Source: a virus. From it: a stretch of DNA of 64,000 nucleotides. This document shows, one piece after another, positions 45,478 to 54,599 of the stretch (positions within the stretch are counted from its first letter, which is position 1; each line of letters opens with the position of its first letter). Position numbers and translations under genes: made by a program. The stretch lies in IMG/VR virus record IMGVR_UViG_3300010373_000001, positions 1 through 64,000 of that record; one strand, 5' to 3'. The notes beneath the pieces are model-generated. The model was given only the letters and a program-made list of their open reading frames with translations. It was not told where the DNA came from and did not search any database.

Positions 45478-46289
45478 TACATACCCTGACCATTCCAGAT
45501 CGGTGAAGGAATACCGCTATCGTCAACCCAGTGCTTGTCAATTGGCGGGTTCTCACGCTCTGGCCAGATATGGTCATCGTACTCACGATCAACGAAAATC
45601 GGAACAAGTCTGCCAGTAGTGCGGGAAACTCTTCTAAGCTTTAGTGTTTCAGTACGGTACATACCAACGTTTAGCTGAGCACACATTCTTTCGTATCGCT
45701 CTTGCAGGTCATTGATATGTCCCATAAGCTGAGCATAACGAGCGGTACGGTTAATGTTCGTACCCTCTGCGGTCTGAATGTCGGCATCAGTAGCAGCGTC
45801 GTTAGCTAGTACCCATAGCGTGTTGATAGTAGCCAGGGTTACCAGCATCGGCTCTTCAATAGCAGGCAGATTGTCCAGAGTCATAGGAGTTCTGCGATAG
45901 CTAATGAATCCTTGCCTGGTATGCATTCTCTCAGTGATTGTCCTACCATGAGTATGCTGATGCAGAGAGTCGTTAATTTGGGTAGTCAGATCGTTATCAG
46001 TGAACATTCCCCACGCATAGCCCTGAGTCAGAACAGTCGCACCGTTGGCAACCTTGTCATTCAGCGTGATAAATCCAAGCTCTTCGTCCAGAACGTAGTC
46101 AGTTGTAGAACTAAGCAGGGTTGTCTGGGCGCCGTTGATGATAGTTACCTGAAGAGTATTAGGATCTATATTCTGCTTAGGCAGGTCGTATAGCTGAGTC
46201 ATGCCATCACCCAGGGATGAAGTCATGAAAGGCTGGAGCGGGTCACCAATCTCGTTCCTCACTCTGGCTATCATGTCTGACATTTGCAT
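45477..46289 (-). CDS. head-to-tail adaptor
   Basis: RVRNEIGD, FTDNDL, LRRVSRTTGRLVP. Confidence 0.65.
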   Translation of the reverse strand: MQMSDMIARVRNEIGDPLQPFMTSSLGDGMTQLYDLPKQNIDPNTLQVTIINGAQTTLLSSTTDYVLDEELGFITLNDKVANGATVLTQGYAWGMFTDNDLTTQINDSLHQHTHGRTITERMHTRQGFISYRRTPMTLDNLPAIEEPMLVTLATINTLWVLANDAATDADIQTAEGTNINRTARYAQLMGHINDLQERYERMCAQLNVGMYRTETLKLRRVSRTTGRLVPIFVDREYDDHIWPERENPPIDKHWVDDSGIPSPIWNGQGM

Positions 46290-46299
46290 TAGCTATTCC

Positions 46300-48600
46300 T
46301 TAGTAAGCAAAATCTTCGCGGACTATCGAAGTCTGGGTTATTCTCTGGGATACTACTTCCCCTACATTCCACTCTATTATATCCTGCTTAGTGCGGGAAA
46401 CAATGGTGTTGAATACGGTCTGCTGCTGCCTGTTAGTACGCTGAATATCATTCCAGTTGCCCGCCCTGAAAGCTGACACCCTTTTCCTGCTATTCCAGGT
46501 CGTAGACTTCTGCGTGGTTACCTCGAAGATAAAGTTCCACGTACTAGTCTTAGCCGGGGCGAAAGCTGGGGCGAAAGTAATCGGGTGCATAGTTGACTGA
46601 AGAACCCTGGCATTAAACTTGAATGTTCCTGGGATCTCAGTCAGGTGATATCTGTACCTGACCTTGAATGACGTATTCAGGAAGGCTTTCCTGGCCACAC
46701 GTACTCTGAAGCTTACAACCTTCTGGGTTACAACATGCTTCTCTGCTCTCCAGGCAGTAGCTTTCTGGGTGATCTTGTTGTTCAGAGTTTCCCAGTGAAT
46801 AGACTTCTGCTTTGTCAGCGCGAAGTTATCCATGTAACGAACAGCAGCCTTACGCGGAATCCTTAGCTTCAGGGTCCAAGCTGTTCCAGCGCTACGGGAT
46901 CTTCTCTGGTTAGTCTTCCAGGTAGTAGCCTTCTGCTTAACTACAGGAGTAGCCTTAGCGTTCCACCATACTGCGTTCTTCTTAACCCCGGAGTTAAGAG
47001 CGTTGTACTTGACCGCTCTGTGTACCTTCAGGCTCGTATCGATGTTCCACTTTATAGCCACCGTAGAGGGCAGCAAAGTATCAGCAGCAATAGGATGGGT
47101 TACCGGCTGCTCGATACCGTAGTATCTCGTTCTCGCGTCAGTTGGGATAAAGATACGAAGCAGGGTGTTAAATCTAGTGCGCCTGAATGTGGAAGCGCTC
47201 GTGTTGAGCATCCACAATGTACGCTTAGTGGTTACTCTCTGGCTGAGAACGTTCCAGGTAACATCAGAAGTTGCGGCTCTTCTTACATCATTCTGCCAGG
47301 CAACCTGATTGTCATCGTAGCGCCAGTCTACGGGATGAACTACTACATTCGGCAGGCCAAACTTATAGCCCATACTGATCTTGTGGCGTCTGTAATAGTT
47401 ATCCCACTGAGTTTGCCCCAGCGTAGTAATCTGCTGCTCGGTAATCTTCCAGGCAGCCGCAGCGCGTGAAGCTTCAGTGGTGAATGTCGTCCATCTTACT
47501 ACGCCGACAGTTGATGTTCTCTTAATGCCGTAATAGATAGGAGATACTACTGGGCGCAGAATTGTCGGGTAGAATACCGACAGCGGAGTGATAGGGGGAG
47601 CCTCAAAGGCAGTGACGTTAGCTGTTTCCATGAAGGAACCAGAGTCACTGTCGATGATACCAGTCAGCGCATTAGCGGAAGTCTCGGTGAAGGTTCCTGA
47701 ATCAGAGCTAACAATCAGAATACTAACCGATCCGGCTTCCGAACTTGCGGTGAAGAAATCGGTATCGGAAAGACTAGCATGAACTGAACCAGTCTCATTG
47801 AAAGTTCCGGAGTCAGAAACAACTACATCAAAACCAGGAGTGTTCTCAGTAAAGGTTCCTGTATCAGTTCCCCTGATTTGGATCTGCACGTTAGCAGACT
47901 CACTGAAGGAACCTGTGTCTGATCCAGTCTTAGTAGTTCCAGCGCCAAAAGTTAGCTGAACCTGTCCAGCATGACCAGCACCACCAGCAGAACCGAAACC
48001 ACCACCTCCACCACCACCAGGACCAGTTGAAGGAGTATTACCTACACCAGCACCAGAACCATTACCACCAGGACCACCGCCTGTTACAGCGGTTGCACCA
48101 GCACCAGGACCAGAGTTAGTAGCGTTAACTCCATTGTTTCCGGCTGATGCTGATCCGCCAGAACCACCACCACCAGATCCCCCATCAACTTTGGAGTTAT
48201 TAACGCCTCCACCAGCACCACCGTCAAAGTGAATACTATTGGTAGACCCAGTTCCTCCTGCTCCACCAGTAGCATTAGAGGTATTAGACGAGGTAGCACC
48301 AAAACCGTTATGGGCTACGACACCACCATGCGAAATATCAAAGGCAGAGTTAGTTCCAGCAGTACCGGCAGAACTTCCACCACCGCCGCCAGAGCCAACT
48401 ATAATTGCATAGTTAGTACCTGGAACAACTGTGTAAGCTGCTTCAGCGGCGTATTCTCCACCGCCTCCACCGCCTCCAGCGTTAGAAGATCCTCCTGTAC
48501 CTCCACCGCCACCGCCCCAGCATTCAACAAATACTGAAGTAACACCAGCGGGTGCAGTCCATGAAGTAGAGCCAGCGGTAGTAAATGTCGTTGTAGTCAT
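46300..48600 (-). CDS. fibre protein: Gly-rich domain, acidic SDSGTF repeats and basic 14-aa repeats
   Basis: FTTAGSTSWTAPAGVTSVFVECWGGGG; periodic repeats visible in the translation. Confidence 0.75.
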   Translation of the reverse strand: MTTTTFTTAGSTSWTAPAGVTSVFVECWGGGGGGTGGSSNAGGGGGGGEYAAEAAYTVVPGTNYAIIVGSGGGGGSSAGTAGTNSAFDISHGGVVAHNGFGATSSNTSNATGGAGGTGSTNSIHFDGGAGGGVNNSKVDGGSGGGGSGGSASAGNNGVNATNSGPGAGATAVTGGGPGGNGSGAGVGNTPSTGPGGGGGGGFGSAGGAGHAGQVQLTFGAGTTKTGSDTGSFSESANVQIQIRGTDTGTFTENTPGFDVVVSDSGTFNETGSVHASLSDTDFFTASSEAGSVSILIVSSDSGTFTETSANALTGIIDSDSGSFMETANVTAFEAPPITPLSVFYPTILRPVVSPIYYGIKRTSTVGVVRWTTFTTEASRAAAAWKITEQQITTLGQTQWDNYYRRHKISMGYKFGLPNVVVHPVDWRYDDNQVAWQNDVRRAATSDVTWNVLSQRVTTKRTLWMLNTSASTFRRTRFNTLLRIFIPTDARTRYYGIEQPVTHPIAADTLLPSTVAIKWNIDTSLKVHRAVKYNALNSGVKKNAVWWNAKATPVVKQKATTWKTNQRRSRSAGTAWTLKLRIPRKAAVRYMDNFALTKQKSIHWETLNNKITQKATAWRAEKHVVTQKVVSFRVRVARKAFLNTSFKVRYRYHLTEIPGTFKFNARVLQSTMHPITFAPAFAPAKTSTWNFIFEVTTQKSTTWNSRKRVSAFRAGNWNDIQRTNRQQQTVFNTIVSRTKQDIIEWNVGEVVSQRITQTSIVREDFAY

Positions 48601-48930
48601 TTACTCCTCAGTTCTGTCTGGCCACGCAGTTATCTCGCCGGTTTTAAGAAACTCTTCTTCACGTTCTTTACAGCAACCTGAAGGCTTATGAGTCTGAGCT
48701 ACCCTGTAGGCATGCTCGATGCCCCGGTCAGTGTTCACCTGGAACATATGAGTACAGCAACCGGGGCACCAGAAGTTTATATACTGGCCATCATTTACCA
48801 GAACACCTAGCCAGCCACCTTCATCTAGAACATGCTGGAAACCCGCTTCAGACTGCTCTTCTTTGTGTGACGGAAACGGGTCTTTATTTCTCCAGCGCTC
48901 AGCTAGAACCGCTGAGTGGACATGAGCCAT
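48601..48930 (-). CDS. Cys-rich hypothetical protein
   Basis: CPGCCTH, GCC; AGGA RBS. Confidence 0.6.
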   Translation of the reverse strand: MAHVHSAVLAERWRNKDPFPSHKEEQSEAGFQHVLDEGGWLGVLVNDGQYINFWCPGCCTHMFQVNTDRGIEHAYRVAQTHKPSGCCKEREEEFLKTGEITAWPDRTEE

Positions 48931-48946
48931 TCGGAATCCTGTAGGA

Positions 48947-49534
48947 TCAGGTAAGCGTTACCGATGTCTGGAACACCCAGATAGCGCCAGATCCCTTAGT
49001 CCCAAATGAGGCAACCTTATGATTAAGCATAACTGGGCTTGTTCCAGTACCGGCAAAGGTATCAGAGTTAGCTGGTGAAGCTGCAATTACCCAGCCCCAT
49101 TCCTGCCATGCGAAGTTGCCATCAGAAGATCCGTATGTTGACTGTCCTGATATCAGTCCGTTGGACTGAGTTGGGAAAGATGCATCCATAACAATGTAAC
49201 GGCTGTTACCTGTTGAGTTAGCAGTTAGATGTGTGTCAGCCACAGTAGCGGCAGTCGTAGAGTTTCCTACCCCAGTCAGAGCATTAGCGTTAGCGAAAGA
49301 TGTTCCGCCGCCGCCAATGATAAGTGATGTGATCCTGTTAAGGCCGAGAGTAGTCAGAAGGTTTCCTGACTGCTCTACGATCCCATCCTCAGGGCTATCG
49401 AATAGCCCGATCATGAAATCACCAGTAGGATCTGGGTAGTATCTCTGGGCATACCTAGCCTGATCCAGACTGTATTTCAGCACACGGGCATGTGCGTTCC
49501 AGGTAATGCCGTCGTTGTGCAAAATATTTTCCAT
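48947..49534 (-). CDS. virion structural protein
   Basis: NLLTTLG, GVGNST, GNFAWQEWG, LNHKV..GTK. Confidence 0.65.
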   Translation of the reverse strand: MENILHNDGITWNAHARVLKYSLDQARYAQRYYPDPTGDFMIGLFDSPEDGIVEQSGNLLTTLGLNRITSLIIGGGGTSFANANALTGVGNSTTAATVADTHLTANSTGNSRYIVMDASFPTQSNGLISGQSTYGSSDGNFAWQEWGWVIAASPANSDTFAGTGTSPVMLNHKVASFGTKGSGAIWVFQTSVTLT

Positions 49535-49540
49535 TGTTCC

Positions 49541-51037
49541 TCAGGTTACGTATGCGTAGAAGTTGTATCCAACTGTGCCAGTAATGGCTGTCAGAGTAGT
49601 TGACAGTGAGGGAGGAGTAGTCTGGCCAGTGTTAGACACACCATAAAGAATAGGTGCCGCTGACACTAGAGCAACGTTAACGGGATCGGCCGTAACCATG
49701 AAGGTTGGCATTGTTCCTGAAGTCTCTGCGATCATAACACCAATGTAGTACAGACCCTCAGAAGGAACCACATAAGGTGTTCCAACTGCTAGAGACTGTA
49801 CCGCATTTGCTGTGTGGAATGTGGTAGCAGCGTCGGTCTGGTCTGCTGTAACCGCAACAACTGATCTAGCTGAGTTAGCCAGAACGTACCATCCGTGAGT
49901 ACCGCCAGTCTTAACTGTGCTAGATAGCCACATGTTGATGTTGGTTACAGTAATACCCTTAGGGAGATAGATACCTGTTAGGTAAAGTGATCCTGATGCC
50001 AGAGCGGCAGAAGTAGCTGTAGCTCTCTGCCTCTCAAATGTCTGAGCTAGTGTTCCCGTAGGAGCTAGTGCCAGTCCACCAGTGCTGGTGTTAGTCAGGG
50101 AAAGAGTATTACCTGTCTTGGTAAGACCTGTTCCTGCTGTGATTTCTCCTGCGCCTGAAAACTGGGTCCAGTTAACAGCAGTAGTTCCTACTGTGAAAGG
50201 ACCGGCTGAAGCTACAGTGAAACCCGAACCAGCATTGACTGTGCCGATTTCCACGAATACATATGCACCGGGGAATTCAGCAGCCTGATCCATGTCAAGT
50301 GCTCTGGTAAGAACGTAAGCCACACCAACAGCACCAGCAGTTGATACGAAGTAGATACCGTTATTAGCGGCGGTTGCCTCGTTCTGTACCAGGATTCTTT
50401 CGCTAGCGGCCATTGTATGACCGTCAACGATAAGTGCTCCCGTAGAAGATGCTGTAAGAGTAGCGCCTACTCCGGCTGTGCCGTTAGAATATGTGTTAGC
50501 TGGCAGAGTAGTTGTGGTAGCCACAACTACTGAAGGCTTTGTGCTTAGACCCTGTGCTGTTGAGTCAACGTAAGTCTTGTTCGCTGCATCAGTTGGATTA
50601 ACTGGCGTAGGAGTAGTAACCGTTCCTGTAAAGGTTGGGCTAGTCAGACTCTTATTGGTAAGAGTCTGGCTGTCCGTTGTTCCTACTACAGCGCCAGTGA
50701 TACCATGTACAGCAGTTGATGCCGCAATGTGGACCTGAGGTTCATTATAATCCTGAGCCGAAACACCGTGAACAACTACAGCGCCCTGCGAATGCGCTTG
50801 TGCTGAAGTTCCGTCGATGCCTCTGGTGCAAGGAAGTGTGTAAGGTCCAGTACCAGTCGGTGCTGAGGTTACTGAGATAGCTTCCTGAGTTGAAAGACCC
50901 CAGTCAATAAGCACAGTGAAAGGATAAGAAGTTGGAAGTCCCGTAATGCTGTTAACAGAGGGGTTACCTGAAGAGGCTACAGATGAAGCAAGAGCCGTAG
51001 GTGCAGCAGTAGAACTGTAGAACCTGTTCTGAGTCAT
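49541..51037 (-). CDS. fibre protein
   Basis: RGIDGT, DAANKTYVD, RILVQNE..NNGIY, QFSGAG..AGTGLTKTGNTL. Confidence 0.75.
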   Translation of the reverse strand: MTQNRFYSSTAAPTALASSVASSGNPSVNSITGLPTSYPFTVLIDWGLSTQEAISVTSAPTGTGPYTLPCTRGIDGTSAQAHSQGAVVVHGVSAQDYNEPQVHIAASTAVHGITGAVVGTTDSQTLTNKSLTSPTFTGTVTTPTPVNPTDAANKTYVDSTAQGLSTKPSVVVATTTTLPANTYSNGTAGVGATLTASSTGALIVDGHTMAASERILVQNEATAANNGIYFVSTAGAVGVAYVLTRALDMDQAAEFPGAYVFVEIGTVNAGSGFTVASAGPFTVGTTAVNWTQFSGAGEITAGTGLTKTGNTLSLTNTSTGGLALAPTGTLAQTFERQRATATSAALASGSLYLTGIYLPKGITVTNINMWLSSTVKTGGTHGWYVLANSARSVVAVTADQTDAATTFHTANAVQSLAVGTPYVVPSEGLYYIGVMIAETSGTMPTFMVTADPVNVALVSAAPILYGVSNTGQTTPPSLSTTLTAITGTVGYNFYAYVT

Positions 51038-51043
51038 TGGTTA

Positions 51044-51619
51044 TCAGCCCTGTGTATCGAAGTCAACTTCGAAAGTGAATCCATCGTTGTTAACTGGAGC
51101 GGAGTTCGTTGCTGTCCTTCTTACCCAGATTGCCGCACAGAAGTTAGGTGCGATAGTTCCTAGCTGGATACCATTCGTGTATGAAGGGGAAACAGGTGCC
51201 GATACTGAAGGCCCTACCCATCCTGATACACCAACGGGTGCGTTTGTTGCTGCGGTAATCTTCACGGCCTGTTGTGAGGAAGAGCCTTTAGTAGAAGCAC
51301 CAGTAGGGTCAGCCGCAATTGATACGGTTGCGCCGCCAGGAACGAATAGCGAGTTAGGAAGCCACACTACTGTATTTAGCATAGAGTTTCCGCTACCTGT
51401 GTTATTTAGAATGAACACACAAGCGTAGTCTACCTGATCAGCCGCGTTCTGGGCACCAGTAATGTCGGGGAAAAGATTGTTTAGAGGGGTCGATGACATC
51501 TGTGTGGTGGAAATATAATTTCCCCAGGAATCACCGGGAGCACCTGTTACTGAATTACCTGACGTAGCGCCCGGTGCAGACAGCATGAACAGGACATCTG
51601 TGCTAGCAATAGCTGTCAT
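51044..51619 (-). CDS. virion structural protein
   Basis: NNLFPDITG, YACVFI, AIWVRR. Confidence 0.65.
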   Translation of the reverse strand: MTAIASTDVLFMLSAPGATSGNSVTGAPGDSWGNYISTTQMSSTPLNNLFPDITGAQNAADQVDYACVFILNNTGSGNSMLNTVVWLPNSLFVPGGATVSIAADPTGASTKGSSSQQAVKITAATNAPVGVSGWVGPSVSAPVSPSYTNGIQLGTIAPNFCAAIWVRRTATNSAPVNNDGFTFEVDFDTQG

Positions 51620-51632
51620 ATTGAATCCTATA

Positions 51633-52145
51633 TCATGATTGATTAGTTGTTATTGCATCAGCAGCTATAGCGATTTCCTGTGTGGCAAGTACCTGTTGCG
51701 GTGCATCAAGAGTCCAGGTATAGGCAAGATTGCCAACTGTTCCTGATGCGACTGTAACCAGAGCTAGCCACTGGGCAGCCAAAGTCATATTTGCAGAGAC
51801 AGGCCCGAAAATAAGCAAGCCGTTATTGGTGCTTACTGACGGCAATGTATCTGTCGCCGGGTTGAATGTTACTGCAATACGGGAGTAACCTGCTGTTGTT
51901 ACTTCCTGAAGATCGGATATAAAGACAGCACTGCTAGGATCTGCTGTGCAAAGAGCAAGATATCTTGATCCGGCCGCTACCCACGCGGTTCCATTGAACT
52001 CGTTTACAACGTAGCTGGCTGAAGAATTAATCCAGTACTGACCTGGAATTGGAGTTGATGGTGCAGTACCGGCAACAACAGGAGTCGTTAGACCAAGCAG
52101 CGAGTTAAGCTGTACCTGTGCCCCCCATGGTGCAATGCCCGTCAT
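51633..52145 (-). CDS. virion structural protein (fibre anchor-like)
   Basis: YLALCTADP..EVTTAGYSR. Confidence 0.65.
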   Translation of the reverse strand: MTGIAPWGAQVQLNSLLGLTTPVVAGTAPSTPIPGQYWINSSASYVVNEFNGTAWVAAGSRYLALCTADPSSAVFISDLQEVTTAGYSRIAVTFNPATDTLPSVSTNNGLLIFGPVSANMTLAAQWLALVTVASGTVGNLAYTWTLDAPQQVLATQEIAIAADAITTNQS

Positions 52146-52583
52146 TTACTGTCCTATATAAGCTAGTCGGCCCTGAGCCTCTAGGTGCTTTGCCAGATCT
52201 ACTGGAACTTTATATGAGAAGCCAACCTTGAATGAAAAAGTATTCAGTGAGCCCATTACTGCGGGTCTTCCTGTATCCGGATCACCTGGATCGACTACTT
52301 GCCTGCCGAAAGTCATATCTGTGATGTCAGAATTAACTCTAATTGTCCTAATAGGACTATTGATTTCGACTGGCGCTTTCTCGATACTCTCGTCTAGAGG
52401 AACGTCCGCTCCTGTGTAGTCGATAACGGTATCGTAATCTTCTTCTCTTTGTGCATTGACCATAGCAAGATGTTGTGCTTGCTCTTTTAGTTCTTCTTTG
52501 TGTGCTTCAGCTAGTCTCTGAGTAGTAATCCCAGTAAAGTCTGCGGGGCTCTTGCCCGAAGTTCTGGTCTTTGGTGCTGTCAT
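52146..52583 (-). CDS. head-associated hypothetical protein
   Basis: follows the capsid gene; YKVPVDLAKHLE. Confidence 0.65.
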   Translation of the reverse strand: MTAPKTRTSGKSPADFTGITTQRLAEAHKEELKEQAQHLAMVNAQREEDYDTVIDYTGADVPLDESIEKAPVEINSPIRTIRVNSDITDMTFGRQVVDPGDPDTGRPAVMGSLNTFSFKVGFSYKVPVDLAKHLEAQGRLAYIGQ

Positions 52584-52619
52584 TTTTATCCCTAATTACT
52601 TGTTCGAAATTTGATTGTA

Positions 52620-52642
52620 TCCCCCTCCATATCGGAGGGGGA
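52620..52642 (-). terminator. stem-loop after the major capsid gene
   Basis: TCCCCCTCC-ATATC-GGAGGGGGA. Confidence 0.6.
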
Positions 52643-52661
52643 CAACAGTCACGTAATAAAA

Positions 52662-53663
52662 TCAGTTAGTCTCTGCGATCAGAACTGCCTGATCGGTGAT
52701 AAGACCAAGACCCCAGATCGCGTACCATGCTAGAGCATGCTCACGACCGAAGTCCAGAATACCACCGTCTCGTAGCTCTACAGGCAGCGAGATAGCATGC
52801 CCGAAAGCGTTGTCACCAATGAAGATGGCATCGTACAGAAGAGGACCGGATGAACCCTGTACGTAGTTATTGAATACCTGAGTGGTTTCAATGAAAACTA
52901 CGTCATTCAGACGGCCAATTTCACCCAGAAGGAAGTTGCCAGGTGCGGCATACTTAGTCACTTCAATAAACTCAGGGTCATCCCTAAGCTGACGTGACTG
53001 GTGAGGGTGAATGAAGCAGACGTAAGTCTCGCCTAGCCTCGGCACGTTCTTGGTAGCAAGTGTCTCCTGTGCGTCCTTAACTACAGCAGTTGTGAAGCTG
53101 AAGTTACCTGCTGAAAGCGCAGAAGATGAAGTTGCCGCAGAACCGTGGTCATAAGGCGAAAGCGGAGTACGAACAGCAGTTGACAGAGCAAACTTGTTGT
53201 ATCCCCAGATCTTTGAGGATGCCTGCATCAGTGTGTCTCTTGCACTGCCGTCAAGATAAAGGGCCATGTTACGGCCAAGCAGACGTGAACCAGATGCCAT
53301 AACGTCATCAAATGATGCGTTCAGCAGCAGTTCTGATACTGCAATAGCGAAGCCCTGCTCAGCTACGGTGATGTCAAACTGAGAAGCTGTAAGAGGGTTA
53401 GTAGCCATACGCACACCTTCAACAAGCTGTGAAGCTGCACCTAGGTTGTTGTACCTCATGAAATGAATGGTCAATCCCGGCTGTACGTTTAGTTCAGTCT
53501 TCTTTACAGCAAACTGCTCAAAACGCAAAATCGGCATTGCCTGGAACAAAATTTCTTTCGACCAGATTGTCTGGACCGCTGGGGTAAGCTGTGAACCTCC
53601 ACCAGCATAAGCTGTTGGTGATGCGCTCAGAAAGCTAGTACCAGTGATAGCACTTCCTGCCAT
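52662..53663 (-). CDS. major capsid protein, N4-gp56 family
   Basis: LRFEQFA, GLTIHFMRY, LVEG, YVCFIHP, GEIGRL..FIET. Confidence 0.9.
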   Translation of the reverse strand: MAGSAITGTSFLSASPTAYAGGGSQLTPAVQTIWSKEILFQAMPILRFEQFAVKKTELNVQPGLTIHFMRYNNLGAASQLVEGVRMATNPLTASQFDITVAEQGFAIAVSELLLNASFDDVMASGSRLLGRNMALYLDGSARDTLMQASSKIWGYNKFALSTAVRTPLSPYDHGSAATSSSALSAGNFSFTTAVVKDAQETLATKNVPRLGETYVCFIHPHQSRQLRDDPEFIEVTKYAAPGNFLLGEIGRLNDVVFIETTQVFNNYVQGSSGPLLYDAIFIGDNAFGHAISLPVELRDGGILDFGREHALAWYAIWGLGLITDQAVLIAETN

Positions 53664-53690
53664 AGCAGAGTACCTTTCGTGTAAGTTATT

Positions 53691-54557
53691 TTAATTTAAT
53701 AGACCCTTGTTTTGCCCTGCTTTATCCAAGCCCGACTGCTTTCTGTACGCCGCGAATTCCTCCATGCTCATCGCATTGATCTGTTCTGCGGTGTAAGTTC
53801 TCTGCCCTGTTAGATTGTCCAATGGCCCAGATGGACCGAAACCTGTTGGCGCGACCCCGGTTGGCCTGCCTTGTCCTGGGTTTACCGGAGTTTGTCCGGT
53901 CATGCTAGCTACTATATTAGCAGTTTTCTGAATTGCTTTGGTTAGGCTAGCATCAATTTCTTCTTTTGTATTGCCGCCAATGTAATCAACAAAATCCTCG
54001 GCTAGCTGCTGGTTAGCAATAGCCTGGGCAACTACCTGCTGAGTATAAGCCTGAAGTTCGAAGAGCTGCCTCTCCTTATTCATGAAAGCTCTCTCAGCTT
54101 CCATGTCCTTCTTAAACTGTTCTTTCTCAGCGTCCCACTCTGCGGCTCTTTTAGTAATCAGCTCTTCTGCTGATAGCTTAGCCTCAGCGGCTTTCCTGGC
54201 TACTTCGTCTGCTTCTTCTCGCTGCTGTTTTGCAGCAGCTTCTCTGGCATTCTCAGCTTCAGATAGTCTCTTTAGTTCCTGCTGGAATTCAGCAGCCTGA
54301 TCCTCAGCCTTCTTCAGCCTGTCATATACCTTGTCCTTTTCCTGCTTTCTTGCAGCTTCAAGCTGTTCTGCTGTGAAATACTGCTGTCCGGGAGGAGGGT
54401 TATTAACAGTGATATTCAAGGGTGAAGCATCAGCCGGTGGTACGGGGGGATTAACCGGAGGCTCGGTTGGCGTACTTCCGCCAGCCTGCAATCTGATTGG
54501 ACCTCTTTTACCGTAGCCGATGATCTGGCCGGGCATGTTTGTGTTCGGCATATACAT
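53691..54557 (-). CDS. capsid scaffolding protein
   Basis: coiled coil between portal and capsid; ARKQEKDKVY; INAMSMEEFAAYR. Confidence 0.8.
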   Translation of the reverse strand: MYMPNTNMPGQIIGYGKRGPIRLQAGGSTPTEPPVNPPVPPADASPLNITVNNPPPGQQYFTAEQLEAARKQEKDKVYDRLKKAEDQAAEFQQELKRLSEAENAREAAAKQQREEADEVARKAAEAKLSAEELITKRAAEWDAEKEQFKKDMEAERAFMNKERQLFELQAYTQQVVAQAIANQQLAEDFVDYIGGNTKEEIDASLTKAIQKTANIVASMTGQTPVNPGQGRPTGVAPTGFGPSGPLDNLTGQRTYTAEQINAMSMEEFAAYRKQSGLDKAGQNKGLLN

Positions 54558-54599
54558 TATCTCTTTCAGTTAACTTACAGTTTTCCGTTTAAACCACGA

